DNA from: Lactobacillus sp.
GTDB lineage: Bacteria > Bacillota > Bacilli > Lactobacillales > Lactobacillaceae
Length of the DNA: 64,000 bases
Assembly (NCBI RefSeq): GCF_051893255.1
Contig: NZ_JBJFHB010000065.1
Location: 223-64,222, forward strand
Direction of reading: 5' to 3'
The notes beneath the pieces are model-generated. The model searched no databases and was not told the origin of the DNA. It worked only from the letters and a program-made list of their open reading frames with translations. Positions within the stretch are counted from its first letter, which is position 1. Each line of letters starts with the position of its first letter. The position numbers were made by a program, and so were the translations under genes. Below, in pieces: positions 40,476 through 51,449 of this stretch.

Positions 40476-41858
40476 TTACTTTTCTTTCAGTTCCTGTACA
40501 TACTTAACAAATTTTTCGCCGCGTTCTTCAAAGGTCTTGAATTGGTCCCATGAAGCACAAGCTGGTGAGAACAAGAAGACGTCGCCTGGCTCTAAGAGCT
40601 TGGCAGCTGCCTCAACCCCTTCTTGTAAGTTGTCAACGACAACGATAGTTTTGATGCCGGCCTTTCTGGCAGCATCAGCCAGCAAGTAGCGAGTTTCCCC
40701 GTAGGTGACGATCGCCTTAACGTGCTGTTTAAAGAGGTCAACCAGGTCGTCAAAGACAAAGCCCCGGTCCAGACCCCCGCAAAGAAGGACTTCTGGCTCC
40801 TTAAAGGCCGGAATGGCGACGGACGCAGCTTCGATGTTGGTAGACTTAGAGTCGTTATAAACCTTAGCGCCATTTAATTCAGTGACGTATTGGAGACGGT
40901 GCTCAGCCCCGGTAAAGGTGGACAAGACGGCATAAATGTCGTCTTTGCCAGCACCCAGCAAGGTCGAAATGCCGATGGCAACCAGGGAGTTTTGCAGGTT
41001 GTGCATCCCCGGCAATTTGATATCAGCAATCTTCATCATCTCGTCATCGCCGTGCATCAGGTAGTCTTGACCTACGTAAAAGTCTGCCTTAGCGTCTTCT
41101 TCGCTAAAGGTCAAAATCTTAGCCTTAGTCGCCTTTTCTTCCTTAGCCAAAATGTCCTTTTGATCGTAGTTGGCCAAGAAGTAGTCATTTTCGTCTTGGA
41201 AGCGGCCGATGTTCAGCTTGGCGTCGACATAATTGTCAAAAGTCTTGTGGTAGTCCAGGTGAACGTTGTTGTAGATGTCAACGATGGCTGCAACTTTAGG
41301 CTTGATGTCGGTAACACCCATCAGCTGGAAGCTGGACATTTCTACTACCAAGAGGTCGTCTGGACCAGCTTGATCTAAGACAACTTCTGAAATTGGCCAG
41401 CCAATATTGCCGACAGCAAAGGCGCGGTGACCTTTTTGCTGCAGATAGTGGTCCATGATCATTTGCGTCAGCATGACGGTCGTGGTCTTGCCGTTTGAGC
41501 CCGTGACGCAGACATATGGCGCTTCGCTGGCGCTCAAGGCAACTTCCGGTTCCGTAATAACCGGAATCTTCTTCTCCATGGCCTTAGCCACCATCGGATT
41601 TTCGTAAGGGATGCCAGGATTTTTAACCAAGTAGTCAAAGTGCTCTTCGTCAAAAATTTCCGTTGGGTGGTAGCCGCCAATGACTCTTACGCCCAGTTTT
41701 TCCAGTTCAGCTGCTTTTTCATTATTGGCTAAATCTGCCTTGTCGTTTAAAGTCAGCTTGGCGCCAAGCTTTAAGAGCAGCTTGCTGACTGCAAAACCGC
41801 TCCGGCCGAGGCCCAAAACCAAAATATTTTTACCAGTATAGGTGTCAATCTCTTTCAA
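40476..41858 (-). CDS. murD: UDP-MurNAc-L-Ala-D-Glu ligase
   Basis: LGLGRSG, TGSNGKTT, EMSSFQL, NDSKSTN, SPACASWDQF. Confidence 0.98.
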   Translation of the reverse strand: MKEIDTYTGKNILVLGLGRSGFAVSKLLLKLGAKLTLNDKADLANNEKAAELEKLGVRVIGGYHPTEIFDEEHFDYLVKNPGIPYENPMVAKAMEKKIPVITEPEVALSASEAPYVCVTGSNGKTTTVMLTQMIMDHYLQQKGHRAFAVGNIGWPISEVVLDQAGPDDLLVVEMSSFQLMGVTDIKPKVAAIVDIYNNVHLDYHKTFDNYVDAKLNIGRFQDENDYFLANYDQKDILAKEEKATKAKILTFSEEDAKADFYVGQDYLMHGDDEMMKIADIKLPGMHNLQNSLVAIGISTLLGAGKDDIYAVLSTFTGAEHRLQYVTELNGAKVYNDSKSTNIEAASVAIPAFKEPEVLLCGGLDRGFVFDDLVDLFKQHVKAIVTYGETRYLLADAARKAGIKTIVVVDNLQEGVEAAAKLLEPGDVFLFSPACASWDQFKTFEERGEKFVKYVQELKEK

Positions 41859-41864
41859 CGTTAT

Positions 41865-42824
41865 TTACCCCCAGATCAACAAATAACAAATGCTTCCGGC
41901 TAAGCCAACCAGCCAAAAGACAATATCAACTTTCCATTCCGACCAGCCCAGCATTTCAAAGTGGTGGTGGATTGGCGTCATCTTAAAGATACGCTTGCCA
42001 GTGGTTTGGAAGGAAATGACCTGCAAAATAACGCTGGCTGTCTCACAGACAAAGACAATACCAATTAACAAAAGTGACCATGGCCGGCCTAAAAAGAGGC
42101 TGACCGCAGCCAAGCCGCCGCCTAAAGCCAAAGAACCTGCATCGCCCATAAAAATCTTGGCTGGCTTGTGGTTGAACATGAAGAAGGCGATAAGCCCGCC
42201 CATAACTGCCATGCAAAAGACCATTACTTGGTAGTTTTGACTCTTCATGGCCAGCCAAGCATAAGTCCCGTAGGCAATAAAGGACAGACCCGTTGCCAGA
42301 CCGTCTAGGCCATCTGACAGGTTGACAGCATTAGAGAAGCCAACCAGCCAGAAGACTTCAAACAAGACAAAGAGCACGATATTGTGCACGACGCCGGCTA
42401 AAGGAATGTACAAGGCGAAGTCAAAGTGGTCATTTGCCGCTAAAATCACGATCAAGGCTGCAACCAGTAGCTGCAAAGCCATCTTTTGCCAAGCCCGCAG
42501 GCCCAGGTTGCGCTTGAAAAAGAGCTTCAAGCCGTCATCGAGGAAACCGATAATGCCGTAGCCTAATAAGGCAATCAGCAAAATCCAAACAGTGTTGTTG
42601 ATCAAGCCCTTGAAGGCGCAAACCGCAACAGTGGCAATAGCAGCCGCCAAAACAAAGACCGTACCGCCCATGGTTGGCGTCCCTGACTTTTTTTCATGCC
42701 ACTTTGGGCCTTCGTCTCTGATCTGCTGGCCCTCATCGTGGCTGTGCATCCACATGATCAGCCATGGCAAAAATAAGGCACTTAGTACCAATGAAATCGT
42801 AAAAGCAATCAAACTTGCTTGCAT
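41865..42824 (-). CDS. mraY: Phospho-N-acetylmuramoyl-pentapeptide transferase
   Basis: [38 protein letters not shown]. Confidence 0.98.
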   Translation of the reverse strand: MQASLIAFTISLVLSALFLPWLIMWMHSHDEGQQIRDEGPKWHEKKSGTPTMGGTVFVLAAAIATVAVCAFKGLINNTVWILLIALLGYGIIGFLDDGLKLFFKRNLGLRAWQKMALQLLVAALIVILAANDHFDFALYIPLAGVVHNIVLFVLFEVFWLVGFSNAVNLSDGLDGLATGLSFIAYGTYAWLAMKSQNYQVMVFCMAVMGGLIAFFMFNHKPAKIFMGDAGSLALGGGLAAVSLFLGRPWSLLLIGIVFVCETASVILQVISFQTTGKRIFKMTPIHHHFEMLGWSEWKVDIVFWLVGLAGSICYLLIWG

Positions 42825-42831
42825 CGAACTC

Positions 42832-44994
42832 TTACTCCTTTAATTCTACTTTCAATTTTGTTCCTGCTTTAATGGTCGTCCCGGCGTCAAGGCTCTGCGA
42901 CTTGACCTTGCCTGACCCAGATAGGGTCAGTTTTAGTCCGGTCAATTCAGCAAAGGCTTCAACTTGGCTTTGGCTGTAGCCGGTCAAGTCCGGCATGGTA
43001 ACTTTGCCGCTAGTCAGGGCAAAGACAGTGCTGCCGGCAGAAACCGTCTCGCCGGCCTTGGCATTTTGACTAGTCACCGTATTGCCAGTACCCAGCTTCA
43101 CCAAAGTCAAGCCGTTTGAGCTGGCGGTGGACTTGGCTTTGGCCACGGTCATGCCGGTCAGTTTTGGCACGGTAACCGCACCAGTTGCCGACTTGTTGCC
43201 CTTGCTGAGCAAAACTAACCGCCGCATCATCGGCTTAAAGATCTGGGATAAGATCGTTTCAGCCCCGCTCCCCAGCTTGCTTGGCTGCTTCATGGTGATG
43301 TAGATGCAGTAGCGCGGGTTGTCCGTTGGGGTGATGCCGACAACGGAGAAGATGTAATTGCGGTCCCCCGTCATGTAGCCGCCCGTTGCCTTGGCAATCT
43401 GGGCCGTCCCGGTCTTGATCCCGAAGTCCTTGCCCTTCATGTAGTAGGCATGACCAGTCCCGATGGTCTGGCTCAAAACCTTTTTCATATTTTGCATGAC
43501 CACCTTGCGGGTAGCTGCCGTAAAGACCGGCTTGCCCACCTTCTTGACCGTGTAGCCCTTGACCGTCTTGCCGGAAGCGTCAGTAACTTTTTCCACTAAC
43601 TGCGGCTTAACCATCTGGCCGTTGTTGGCTAAGGCACTGTAAACCTGCATCATCTGCATGACATTGACCGTCACGCCCTGGCCAAAGGCGGTTACCGCTT
43701 GGTCGACGGGGCTGGCAAAAGAAATGCTGCCGGAAACTTCGCCTGGCAGGGTGACGCCTGTCTTATGGGTGATCCGGAACATCTCGAGGTACTTCTTCCA
43801 GAGCTTAGCTCCCATCTTCTTTTCTAGGTAGACCATCCCGACGTTACTTGAACGCGGAAAGGCTTGTGAAAAAGGAATCGTGCCCCAGCCTGACTTTTGC
43901 CAGTCATAAATGGTGCTGCCGGAAACCGTGATTGACCCTGACCGGTAGTACTCTTTAGGGTTGTAGTTGCCGCTATTGACGGCAGCTGACAGGGACAAAA
44001 TCTTGAATACAGACCCTGGTTCATAGCTAGACTGGACCAAAAGGTTGCTTCCGGCCTTGCTGATGCCGGCTTTGGTTTGCGAGTTAAAAGTTGGTCTTTG
44101 GCTGGCTGCCAAAATTTTCCCAGTCTTTAAGTCCTCAACCACCGCCGTTATGGCCTTCGGGCTGTAATTTTTTTGCACCTTGGACATGTAGGACTCAAGG
44201 GCACTTTGCAGCTGAGAGTCAAGGGTCAAGTAGAGGTTGTTGCCGTCTTTGGCTGCTTGATACGAGTGCGAGCCGCTTGGCAGCTGATTTTCTGAGGAGT
44301 CAACGGTACTGGTCTCATAGCCGTTGGTCCCGGTCAAAGTTTTGTTAAAGTAGGCTTCAAGCCCGGTCACGCCAACTAATTCCGTAGACCCAGTCTTTTT
44401 GCTGGTCTGGTTGACCGTGTAGCCAATAACGTTTGAGGCGAAAACGCCATTTGGATACAGCCGAGATGGCGTCTCCATGAACTTGATCCCGGATAAGTGC
44501 ATCGCCTGAATCTTTTTCTTTTGCGTTAAGGTCAAGCCTGATCCCGCTGTCCCAAACTGGACCTGGAAGACCGACTTTGACTTGGGCGTCAAAAACTTGT
44601 AGATTTTGGCAGCCGAAAGCGGCAGGACCGTTGCCAGTTTTTCGGCCGTTTTTTGTTTATCTTGCACATAGAGGGGCTTTTTATTTGAGTCGACATAGGT
44701 CTTGTCCAAGATGGCATAAACAGTATAAGTATGGGAATCTTGGGCAATCACCAGGCCATTTTTATCATAAATCGTCCCCCGATTTGCCGTTAAAGCGGTA
44801 TTGCGGCGGTAAATGGCCGCTGTCCGCTTGCTGATGTCTTGACCATCAATGGTCTTAGAAATCGACAAATACAGCATGCGACCGGCGAATAAAAGAAAAA
44901 CCAAAGCAACGGCTAGTTCAAGTGTCCTCCCGACAGTGAACCGATAGCCGTGTGCTCTGGATTTGATCTTCTTTAAATTATTGGTCTTCTTCAT
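42832..44994 (-). CDS. pbpB: Class B division PBP (PBP2x/PBP2B-type) with two PASTA domains
   Basis: RGTIYD, RLYP, EPGSVFK (SxxK), SSN (SxN), KTGT, C-terminal PASTA repeats. Confidence 0.92.
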   Translation of the reverse strand: MKKTNNLKKIKSRAHGYRFTVGRTLELAVALVFLLFAGRMLYLSISKTIDGQDISKRTAAIYRRNTALTANRGTIYDKNGLVIAQDSHTYTVYAILDKTYVDSNKKPLYVQDKQKTAEKLATVLPLSAAKIYKFLTPKSKSVFQVQFGTAGSGLTLTQKKKIQAMHLSGIKFMETPSRLYPNGVFASNVIGYTVNQTSKKTGSTELVGVTGLEAYFNKTLTGTNGYETSTVDSSENQLPSGSHSYQAAKDGNNLYLTLDSQLQSALESYMSKVQKNYSPKAITAVVEDLKTGKILAASQRPTFNSQTKAGISKAGSNLLVQSSYEPGSVFKILSLSAAVNSGNYNPKEYYRSGSITVSGSTIYDWQKSGWGTIPFSQAFPRSSNVGMVYLEKKMGAKLWKKYLEMFRITHKTGVTLPGEVSGSISFASPVDQAVTAFGQGVTVNVMQMMQVYSALANNGQMVKPQLVEKVTDASGKTVKGYTVKKVGKPVFTAATRKVVMQNMKKVLSQTIGTGHAYYMKGKDFGIKTGTAQIAKATGGYMTGDRNYIFSVVGITPTDNPRYCIYITMKQPSKLGSGAETILSQIFKPMMRRLVLLSKGNKSATGAVTVPKLTGMTVAKAKSTASSNGLTLVKLGTGNTVTSQNAKAGETVSAGSTVFALTSGKVTMPDLTGYSQSQVEAFAELTGLKLTLSGSGKVKSQSLDAGTTIKAGTKLKVELKE

Positions 44995-45356
44995 TAGCGA
45001 ATAGTCCTAATGTTGTTTTCCCGTAACTTAAGTCCTTCTTTAGCAGCAATCTTGTTTAAACGTGAATTTGATGACAATTCACCGATTTCTTGCTGCAGGT
45101 TGGTAGTTACGTTTCTTTGCTTGGTAATTGCGGTTTCGATATTTGACAGCTGTCTTTGCACCGAAGTAGCCGAGACGCTGGCTGAGACATTTAAGGTGAT
45201 CAAGGCCACAGCCACAATTACGCCAGCAGCTACCAAGACCTTCTCAAAAGGGGAATAAGGGACCTTTTGGGGGTCAACGACGATCCGGGGGCGCTGACGC
45301 TCACGTTCTTCTTGTTCTGGTTCGTAATTGTATTTTCTAACAGTATTTCCTGGCAT
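44994..45356 (-). CDS. ftsL: Cell division protein FtsL
   Basis: TM followed by coiled coil, ELSSNSRL...IA; rsmH-ftsL-pbp order. Confidence 0.88.
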   Translation of the reverse strand: MPGNTVRKYNYEPEQEERERQRPRIVVDPQKVPYSPFEKVLVAAGVIVAVALITLNVSASVSATSVQRQLSNIETAITKQRNVTTNLQQEIGELSSNSRLNKIAAKEGLKLRENNIRTIR

Positions 45357-45369
45357 AGTGTGGTCCTCT

Positions 45370-46314
45370 TTATAACTTCTCTGCTACTCTCAATTTGGCA
45401 CTGTGTGAACGGTTGTTATGCTCTAGCTCTTCTGCGCTAGCCGTAATCGGCTTACGGTTAACCAGCTTCAGGGCAGGCTTCATTCCCTCGGGCACAACCG
45501 GCATCCCGCGCGGAATCTCAACTTCTGAATATTTTTTAAAAGTCTTCTTGACAATCTTGTCTTCCAAAGACTGAAAGGTAATGACGCTGATACGGCCACC
45601 TGGCGCCAGCAGCTCGATTGCTTCTTCTAGGGATGCTTGCAAGACATCCAGTTCGTGGTTGACTTCAACCCGAATCGCCTGAAAGCTCTTCTTGGCTGGG
45701 TGGCCCCCAGTCCGTCTAGCTGCCGCTGGAATGGCTTCTTTAATGATGTCCACCAATTCAAAAGTGGTCTCAATTGGCTTAATCTGCCGCTTTTCTACGA
45801 TCTTCCGGGCAATTTGCCGGGAAAACTTTTCATCGCCATAGCGGTAAAGAACATCAGCCAGCTGCTTTTGGCTGTACTGGTTGACTAGCTGATAGGCATC
45901 AAAATCCTGGCTTTGGTCCATCCGCATGTCTAAGCGTGCATCAAACCGGTAGGAAAAGCCGCGCTCTGCCTGGTCTAGCTGCGGAGACGAAACGCCCAGG
46001 TCATAATAGATGCCATCGATTTGCCCATGCCCCAGCTTTTCCAGTTCTTCAGTCAGGTGACTGAAGTTGTTATGAACGAGTTCTAGCCGCGGCTGGCTGT
46101 CAGCCTGTAAATAGTCGGCGAAATTGCTTTGAGCTGTCTTGATTGCATACTCGTCTTGATCAAAGCCCACCAAGGTGCCTTTCTTGAGCTGACTGAGAAG
46201 GTAGCGGGCGTGGCCGCCCCCACCAAAAGTCGCGTCAACATAGAGGCCACCATCGTGCACTTTTAAATTGTCGATCGTTTCGTGCAAGAGCACGCTAGTA
46301 TGCTTAAATTCCAT
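45370..46314 (-). CDS. rsmH: 16S rRNA m4C1402 methyltransferase
   Basis: [37 protein letters not shown]. Confidence 0.97.
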   Translation of the reverse strand: MEFKHTSVLLHETIDNLKVHDGGLYVDATFGGGGHARYLLSQLKKGTLVGFDQDEYAIKTAQSNFADYLQADSQPRLELVHNNFSHLTEELEKLGHGQIDGIYYDLGVSSPQLDQAERGFSYRFDARLDMRMDQSQDFDAYQLVNQYSQKQLADVLYRYGDEKFSRQIARKIVEKRQIKPIETTFELVDIIKEAIPAAARRTGGHPAKKSFQAIRVEVNHELDVLQASLEEAIELLAPGGRISVITFQSLEDKIVKKTFKKYSEVEIPRGMPVVPEGMKPALKLVNRKPITASAEELEHNNRSHSAKLRVAEKL

Positions 46315-46316
46315 CT

Positions 46317-46748
46317 CTATAACTCAATATCGTCCAAACTCTCTGCTATATCGTCATAACTCTCATTTGCCTCTTCAGAGTAATCATCCCAGCGCTCTTT
46401 AGCCCAGATTTCGATCCGGGTCGACACGCCAACGATTACGCACTCCTTCTTTAGACCAGCGTGTTCTTTCAAGGTGGGGGAAATATTGATCCGTCCCTGC
46501 TTATCGAACTCGCCTTCCATTGCCCCAGAATAAAACATTCTGGTGAAGCTGCGGGCATTCTTCTTGGTTAAGGAGAGCTTGGCCAGCTTGGCTTCAATCT
46601 TTGCCCATTCTTCTAAAGGATAGCCAAAAATGCAGCCTTCCATGCCCCGGGTCAATACCAATTCTGAACCAATTTGTTCACGCAATTTAGCTGGAATGAT
46701 CAAGCGACCTTTAGCATCTAAATTGTGCTGATATTCACCCATCAACAT
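46317..46748 (-). CDS. mraZ: Transcriptional regulator MraZ
   Basis: [29 protein letters not shown]. Confidence 0.98.
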   Translation of the reverse strand: MLMGEYQHNLDAKGRLIIPAKLREQIGSELVLTRGMEGCIFGYPLEEWAKIEAKLAKLSLTKKNARSFTRMFYSGAMEGEFDKQGRINISPTLKEHAGLKKECVIVGVSTRIEIWAKERWDDYSEEANESYDDIAESLDDIEL

Positions 46749-46777
46749 GGCCTGGTCCTCCCTTCTGTTAACAATTT

Positions 46778-46802
46778 ACCACAAATCCCCACTTTAAACC
46801 AC
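46778..46802 (-). promoter_or_regulatory. MraZ-binding repeats
   Basis: Three GTGG(T/G) boxes at exact 10-nt spacing (GTGGTTTAAA GTGGGGATTT GTGGT) upstream of mraZ; matches established MraZ operator architecture. Confidence 0.85.
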
Positions 46803-46879
46803 CAAATATGGAAAAGAGAGGAAATTTTCCCTAAAAATTAAAAAAATGCACCGCTTAGCAAATTAAAGCGGTACATTTT

Positions 46880-47209
46880 TTAAATCATGGTGACTAGCAA
46901 GAGACCCAAATACCAGAAAAAGGAGCAAGCATCGAGGTAGCTCCAAAATTGCCGAAACATCTTGCTCAGAGAAATATTCTTGTTGATCATGGCCCACTTG
47001 ATGGCCGACAGCAAGATTAAAATGAAGTAAAGCAAAAAGGCAGATGGTAAAAATGAGGGGAGCTTTTTCAAATCGGTCAGCAGCTGACATGCATAAATCA
47101 AAAAGAAAGGCATCACGTCATAGCCCCGAAAGCTGGCCTTGGGCCAAATTAGATTGACGACGTAGGCAGCCGCCAAACCGATCACAGGCAAGAGTAATAT
47201 TTGTGTCAT
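46880..47209 (-). CDS. Small membrane protein, DUF3397-like
   Basis: 109 aa, about 4 TM, upstream of mraZ; family from synteny. Confidence 0.65.
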   Translation of the reverse strand: MTQILLLPVIGLAAAYVVNLIWPKASFRGYDVMPFFLIYACQLLTDLKKLPSFLPSAFLLYFILILLSAIKWAMINKNISLSKMFRQFWSYLDACSFFWYLGLLLVTMI

Positions 47210-47268
47210 AAGAATCCTCCGTATCTAGTCTATTTTAACTTTTTTCAGCACTTAATCCTAGCAATAAA

Positions 47269-47297
47269 TTGCAAATCAATGGCAAACAGGTTATAAT
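47269..47297 (+). promoter_or_regulatory. Sigma-A promoter of the 40-aa ORF
   Basis: TTGCAA-N17-TATAAT. Confidence 0.75.
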
Positions 47298-47318
47298 TTC
47301 TTCATACAGGAGGCTCAT

Positions 47319-47441
47319 ATGGCACGCAAGAAGAAAAAGTCAACATTTCAAAAGATTGAAAATGTCATGGTTATCTTGATGGCAGTGATCACCTTGTTCG
47401 GTGTTGCTGCTTCTGTAGTCTACTACCTGATGGGTCAATAA
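47319..47441 (+). CDS. 40-aa small membrane protein, DUF4044-like (not in ORF track)
   Basis: MARKKKKSTFQKIENVMVILMAVITLFGVAASVVYYLMGQ; CAGGAGG RBS, own promoter and terminator. Confidence 0.85.
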   Translation: MARKKKKSTFQKIENVMVILMAVITLFGVAASVVYYLMGQ

Positions 47442-47459
47442 GACTGACAAGTACCATAA

Positions 47460-47499
47460 AAGAGAAAAGCGATCAGCAGCTGCTGATCGCTTTTCTCTT
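47460..47499. terminator. Bidirectional terminator, perfect 40-bp palindrome
   Basis: AAGAGAAAAGCGATCAGCAG|CTGCTGATCGCTTTTCTCTT between convergent small ORF and mreD. Confidence 0.8.
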
Positions 47500-47513
47500 G
47501 CGTTTATTTTAGC

Positions 47514-48053
47514 TTAATAACGGTAATTATCCAGGTCAATCAAGAATGGGTAGCTGCGAGCCAGTTTTGACCAGATCCAGTAGGTCAAAACCGTAATCCC
47601 CACGCTCCACAATCCCGTATAAAGCACGCTGGGCACGGCAGCTTGGAAGGATTGGTTGGTCCAAGTCAAAATGTGGAAGACCAGCCAAATGTAAAGGCTA
47701 GCCCCGCAACTGGCCAAGAAGGTCCCGATCAGGCGCACAATGAAGAGCTCCGGTGAAACGCGGGCGTACCAGCGGCCAAATGCCGACAGGGCCGGCAAAA
47801 CGACGATGTAAATGCCAATAATGCCGTAAAAGTATAAATCTGCTACTAGCCCAGCGCCAAGGGCCAGCCAAAACTCTTTCGGGTTGCGCTCATCTTCAAA
47901 ATTGATGACCAAAACTGCTAAAGGGAGCAGCATCAAGCTAGCCTTACCGTTGCCATATTTTAAGATCGGCTGCAGGTAAACGGACAAAACGCCATCAAGG
48001 GTCAGGGCAACATATAAGGCAATTGCCAGGATCCACTGCTTAAAAATGCGCAT
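47514..48053 (-). CDS. mreD: Rod shape-determining protein MreD
   Basis: Hydrophobic 179 aa, GLVADLYFYGIIGIY; follows mreC. Confidence 0.88.
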   Translation of the reverse strand: MRIFKQWILAIALYVALTLDGVLSVYLQPILKYGNGKASLMLLPLAVLVINFEDERNPKEFWLALGAGLVADLYFYGIIGIYIVVLPALSAFGRWYARVSPELFIVRLIGTFLASCGASLYIWLVFHILTWTNQSFQAAVPSVLYTGLWSVGITVLTYWIWSKLARSYPFLIDLDNYRY

Positions 48054-48901
48054 TAGGACACGCTCCTTTGAACGACCGTGACGACCGATGGGTCAGACAG
48101 GTTGCCGGCAGGCGTGATCTTGATCAAGTCAGACAAGCCAAAGCTGTCTTTGGTTGTTTCGCTAACCGTCCCGATCAAGAGGCCCTTTGGTGAAACGCCG
48201 CCAAGACCACTGGTATAAACCTTGGTGCCCTTGGCCAATTTGCTAGAGCTAGAAGCCTGGGTAAAGGTCAAGACGCCGCCTGATTGAACGCTAATGATGC
48301 CGTGCAGGGTCTTGCCAGAACTAGAAACAGCTTGAACGGCAAAGCGGTTGGCTGAGCTGTCAGTCGTCGTGATCAATTCAACCTTGCTAGTTGCCGCATC
48401 AACTTCGGTCAAACGGCCGATAACCCCGCCGCCAGACATCACCGCCATGCCCTTTTTAAAGCCGGCATTTTTGCCCTTGTTGATGGTTAGCTGCTCGCTC
48501 CAGCTGTCAGAAGAGCGGGAAATAACTGAAGCGGTCGTAGTCGTATAACTGGTCAGGGTCTTTTTGATCCCGGCAGCGGCTTTCAGCTGCTTGTTTTCCT
48601 TTTCTAAGACGGCATTTCTCGCTTCAACTTGCGCCAATTCAGAGACCTTTTTCTTCAAGTGGTCGTTTTCACTAGCCGCATTGAGGAGGTCATCAATCGA
48701 ATTGATCCCATCAGACAGCCAAGCAACTGGAGCACTGACGATTCTGGAGCCAACTGAAACCAGGTCGTTGCCCAGCCTTTGCACGAATAAAGGAGCATTT
48801 AAGTTATTCCGCAAGGTCACGGTTGAGCCCAGCAAGGCCGCCACCACAGCGACCGTTGCCAAGGCTGATAACATTTTTCTGTTTTGAAAAAACTTCTTCA
48901 T
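48053..48901 (-). CDS. mreC: Rod shape-determining protein MreC
   Basis: TM plus coiled coil, TINKG, GVIGRL, TSGLGG..PKGLLIG. Confidence 0.95.
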   Translation of the reverse strand: MKKFFQNRKMLSALATVAVVAALLGSTVTLRNNLNAPLFVQRLGNDLVSVGSRIVSAPVAWLSDGINSIDDLLNAASENDHLKKKVSELAQVEARNAVLEKENKQLKAAAGIKKTLTSYTTTTASVISRSSDSWSEQLTINKGKNAGFKKGMAVMSGGGVIGRLTEVDAATSKVELITTTDSSANRFAVQAVSSSGKTLHGIISVQSGGVLTFTQASSSSKLAKGTKVYTSGLGGVSPKGLLIGTVSETTKDSFGLSDLIKITPAGNLSDPSVVTVVQRSVS

Positions 48902-48951
48902 ATAAACTCAAATCCAAGATAAAAACCGGCCTAAGGCCGGTTTATTGCTGC

Positions 48952-49956
48952 TTATCTACTAGTTCTGCGCATTACGTCCAAATGCTTCAGTGATTCACCA
49001 GTACCAATAGCTACGCAGTCAAGTGGATCTTGGGCGATAAATACTGGTACCTTGGTTGCGTCAGAGATGACTTCTGGCAGGTTCTTGAGCAAGGCACCAC
49101 CACCGGTCAGGACGATACCATGATCAATTACGTCAGCCGCAATTTCAGGAGAAGTCAATTCCAGAGTTTCCTTGATAGCCACGATAATGTCTTGAACGAC
49201 ATCTTGAATGGCCGTAGCCACGTCAACGGCGCTGATTTCCAAAGACTTAGGCAAGCCTGAAACTAGGTCCCGGCCACGGATCGTCATTGATTCAATTTCC
49301 TTGGCTGCTTCAACAGAAGCTGAGCCAATTTGAATCTTGATGTCTTCAGCAGTTCTTTCACCGATCAGCAGGTTGTACTTGCTGTGAACGAAGTTGGTGA
49401 TCGCTTGGTTGAACTTGTCGCCGGCTTGGCGGATTGAAGTTGAAGAAACGATCCCGCCTAAAGAAATAGTGGCAACGTCGGTCGTACCGCCACCGATGTC
49501 AACAACCATTGAACCAGTTGGTTCCATCACTGGAAGACCAGCACCGATGGCTGCGGCAAAAGGTTCTTCGATGACGTAAGCTTCACGGGCACCAGCCACG
49601 CGGGCAGCGTCAATGACAGCTCTCTTTTCAACTTCGGTAACGCCGGAAGGAACACAGATCATGACTGATGGCTTTGAGTTGCCAACCGTCTTGCCCATGA
49701 AGTACTTCAGCATAGATGCAGTAGTGTCGTAGTCGGCAATTACCCCATCCTTCATTGGCCGAATGGCCACAATTGAACCAGGAGTACGGCCAATCATTTC
49801 CTTGGCTTCAGAACCAACGGCGATGACTTCGCCAGTCTTGGTGTTCTTTGCCACAACAGAAGGTTCGCGCAAAACGATGCCCTTGCCTTCAACATAAACC
49901 AGAGTATTGGCAGTACCCAGGTCGATACCAATATTTTTTGAACCAAATCCAAACAC
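48952..49956 (-). CDS. mreB: Actin-like protein MreB
   Basis: [24 protein letters not shown]. Confidence 0.98.
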   Translation of the reverse strand: MFGFGSKNIGIDLGTANTLVYVEGKGIVLREPSVVAKNTKTGEVIAVGSEAKEMIGRTPGSIVAIRPMKDGVIADYDTTASMLKYFMGKTVGNSKPSVMICVPSGVTEVEKRAVIDAARVAGAREAYVIEEPFAAAIGAGLPVMEPTGSMVVDIGGGTTDVATISLGGIVSSTSIRQAGDKFNQAITNFVHSKYNLLIGERTAEDIKIQIGSASVEAAKEIESMTIRGRDLVSGLPKSLEISAVDVATAIQDVVQDIIVAIKETLELTSPEIAADVIDHGIVLTGGGALLKNLPEVISDATKVPVFIAQDPLDCVAIGTGESLKHLDVMRRTSR

Positions 49957-50046
49957 GGATATCTCTCCTTATTTACTCGCTTAATCTTGCTTAATTATAG
50001 CATAATGCCCGTGAAAGTCATGGATTGGCAGAAAATTAAGCTAAAT

Positions 50047-50661
50047 TTAAAACAATTCTCTTTCACGCAGGCTCAAATAGTCGCCCCCACCCACAATGAA
50101 GTGGTCCAAGAAGGCGATCTTCATGATCTTGCTTGCCTCCTTGAGCCCCCTGGTCAGCTCCAGGTCATTTTTGGACGGGGTCAAATAGCCACTTGGGTGG
50201 TTATGAGCCACAATCATGCTGGCACAGCCGTAAACGACCGCCCAGCGGAAAATTTCCCTTGGGTGCACCCAGGAGCGGTCCAGGGTGCCTTGGAAAAGCA
50301 TCTTCTCTCCTAACAGATTTTGCTGCTTGTCAAAGTAAAGAACCCAGAACTGCTCTTGCTTTTGCCCTTGCAGCTTTTCAGCCAGGTAATTGCCGATCTT
50401 GGAGCTGGATGACCAGTCACAAGACCGGCGGTGGTCGGTTGCTCTCAACCGGTCCATTACCACCTCGATGGTCAATGCTAGGTCTGGCGGACAAGCGGGA
50501 CCTGATGCATAATCCAGCAAGTCCTTGAAGCTGGTGATCTTGTCTTTCCGCAGCCGCTTGTCCAGGTCCTCCCAGCTGGTCAGCTGCAACTGGCTGGCTA
50601 AAAGCTTGAGCAAGTCCAGATCATTTTCGATGTAGTAGTAGTTAAACGTTTGTTCAGTCAT
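50047..50661 (-). CDS. radC: RadC/JAB-domain protein
   Basis: QEQFWVL, VHPREIF, HNHPSG, LDHFIVG. Confidence 0.93.
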   Translation of the reverse strand: MTEQTFNYYYIENDLDLLKLLASQLQLTSWEDLDKRLRKDKITSFKDLLDYASGPACPPDLALTIEVVMDRLRATDHRRSCDWSSSSKIGNYLAEKLQGQKQEQFWVLYFDKQQNLLGEKMLFQGTLDRSWVHPREIFRWAVVYGCASMIVAHNHPSGYLTPSKNDLELTRGLKEASKIMKIAFLDHFIVGGGDYLSLRERELF

Positions 50662-50693
50662 GACAACTGCCTCCTAAAAATAAAAACGCCTCT

Positions 50694-50737
50694 ACTTGTT
50701 ATTACACCGAAAATCAGAAAATTAACGTCGAAAGTTG
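50694..50737 (-). promoter_or_regulatory. Candidate competence-specific promoter, copy 2 (radC)
   Basis: CAACTTT-N15-GATTTTCGGTGTA; 34/44 identical to the comEA copy without gaps. Confidence 0.7.
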
Positions 50738-51394
50738 GAAGAAGTTTTGGCACACTATTATTGCTCTTTGTCTATCAACCGCTCTAGGTGCCTTCAGGTC
50801 GGGAATCATCACGCAATCGATGCCGGCATTGGCCGCTGCTTCAACCCCCATGCTGGAATCTTCAAAGATCAACAGCTCCTCTTTAGCTAGGCCGCTTCTT
50901 TTTTGCGCTTCCAGGTAGAGATCAGGAAAAGGCTTAGAACGCAGCTTGTGTTCAGCCACTTCGTCGTGGGTGACGATGTAGTCAAAATAGTTGCGGCATC
51001 CCGTAACCCAGAGGTCATGGTCAACCACGCTCTTGTAGTTGTTGCTGGCTAGACCCATGTTGATCCCGAGCTCTTCAAACTTATCGAGGATTTCTTGAAC
51101 GCCGGGCTTTAAGACTAGCTTGCCTTCATCGGCCCATTGCCAAACCAGGTCATCGGTTCTCTTGACGAAGGCCTGGCGGACTTCGTCACTAGCAAAATAC
51201 TTGGCGTAAAAGTCATCCATCGTCTTGACGCTGGCCCCGACCAAGGTGAGGTAACTGTCGTCAGGGATGCCCAAATTATACTCTTTAGAAGCCTGAATGT
51301 TGGCCTTCCAGTAGAGCTCTTCTGAATTGACTAAAAGACCATCCATGTCAAAAATGACGCCCTGTTTTTCGTGTTCAATGCCTTTGATCTGCAT
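50714..51394 (-). CDS. HAD-IA family phosphatase
   Basis: IFDMDGLL motif I, ASN, KPFPDLY, IFEDS. Confidence 0.9.
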   Translation of the reverse strand: MQIKGIEHEKQGVIFDMDGLLVNSEELYWKANIQASKEYNLGIPDDSYLTLVGASVKTMDDFYAKYFASDEVRQAFVKRTDDLVWQWADEGKLVLKPGVQEILDKFEELGINMGLASNNYKSVVDHDLWVTGCRNYFDYIVTHDEVAEHKLRSKPFPDLYLEAQKRSGLAKEELLIFEDSSMGVEAAANAGIDCVMIPDLKAPRAVDRQRAIIVCQNFFQLSTLIF

Positions 51395-51449
51395 TTTTCC
51401 TCATCTCTTTTCTTGCTCATTTTTGCTTTTTTTCAATTTTGCTTTTTTG

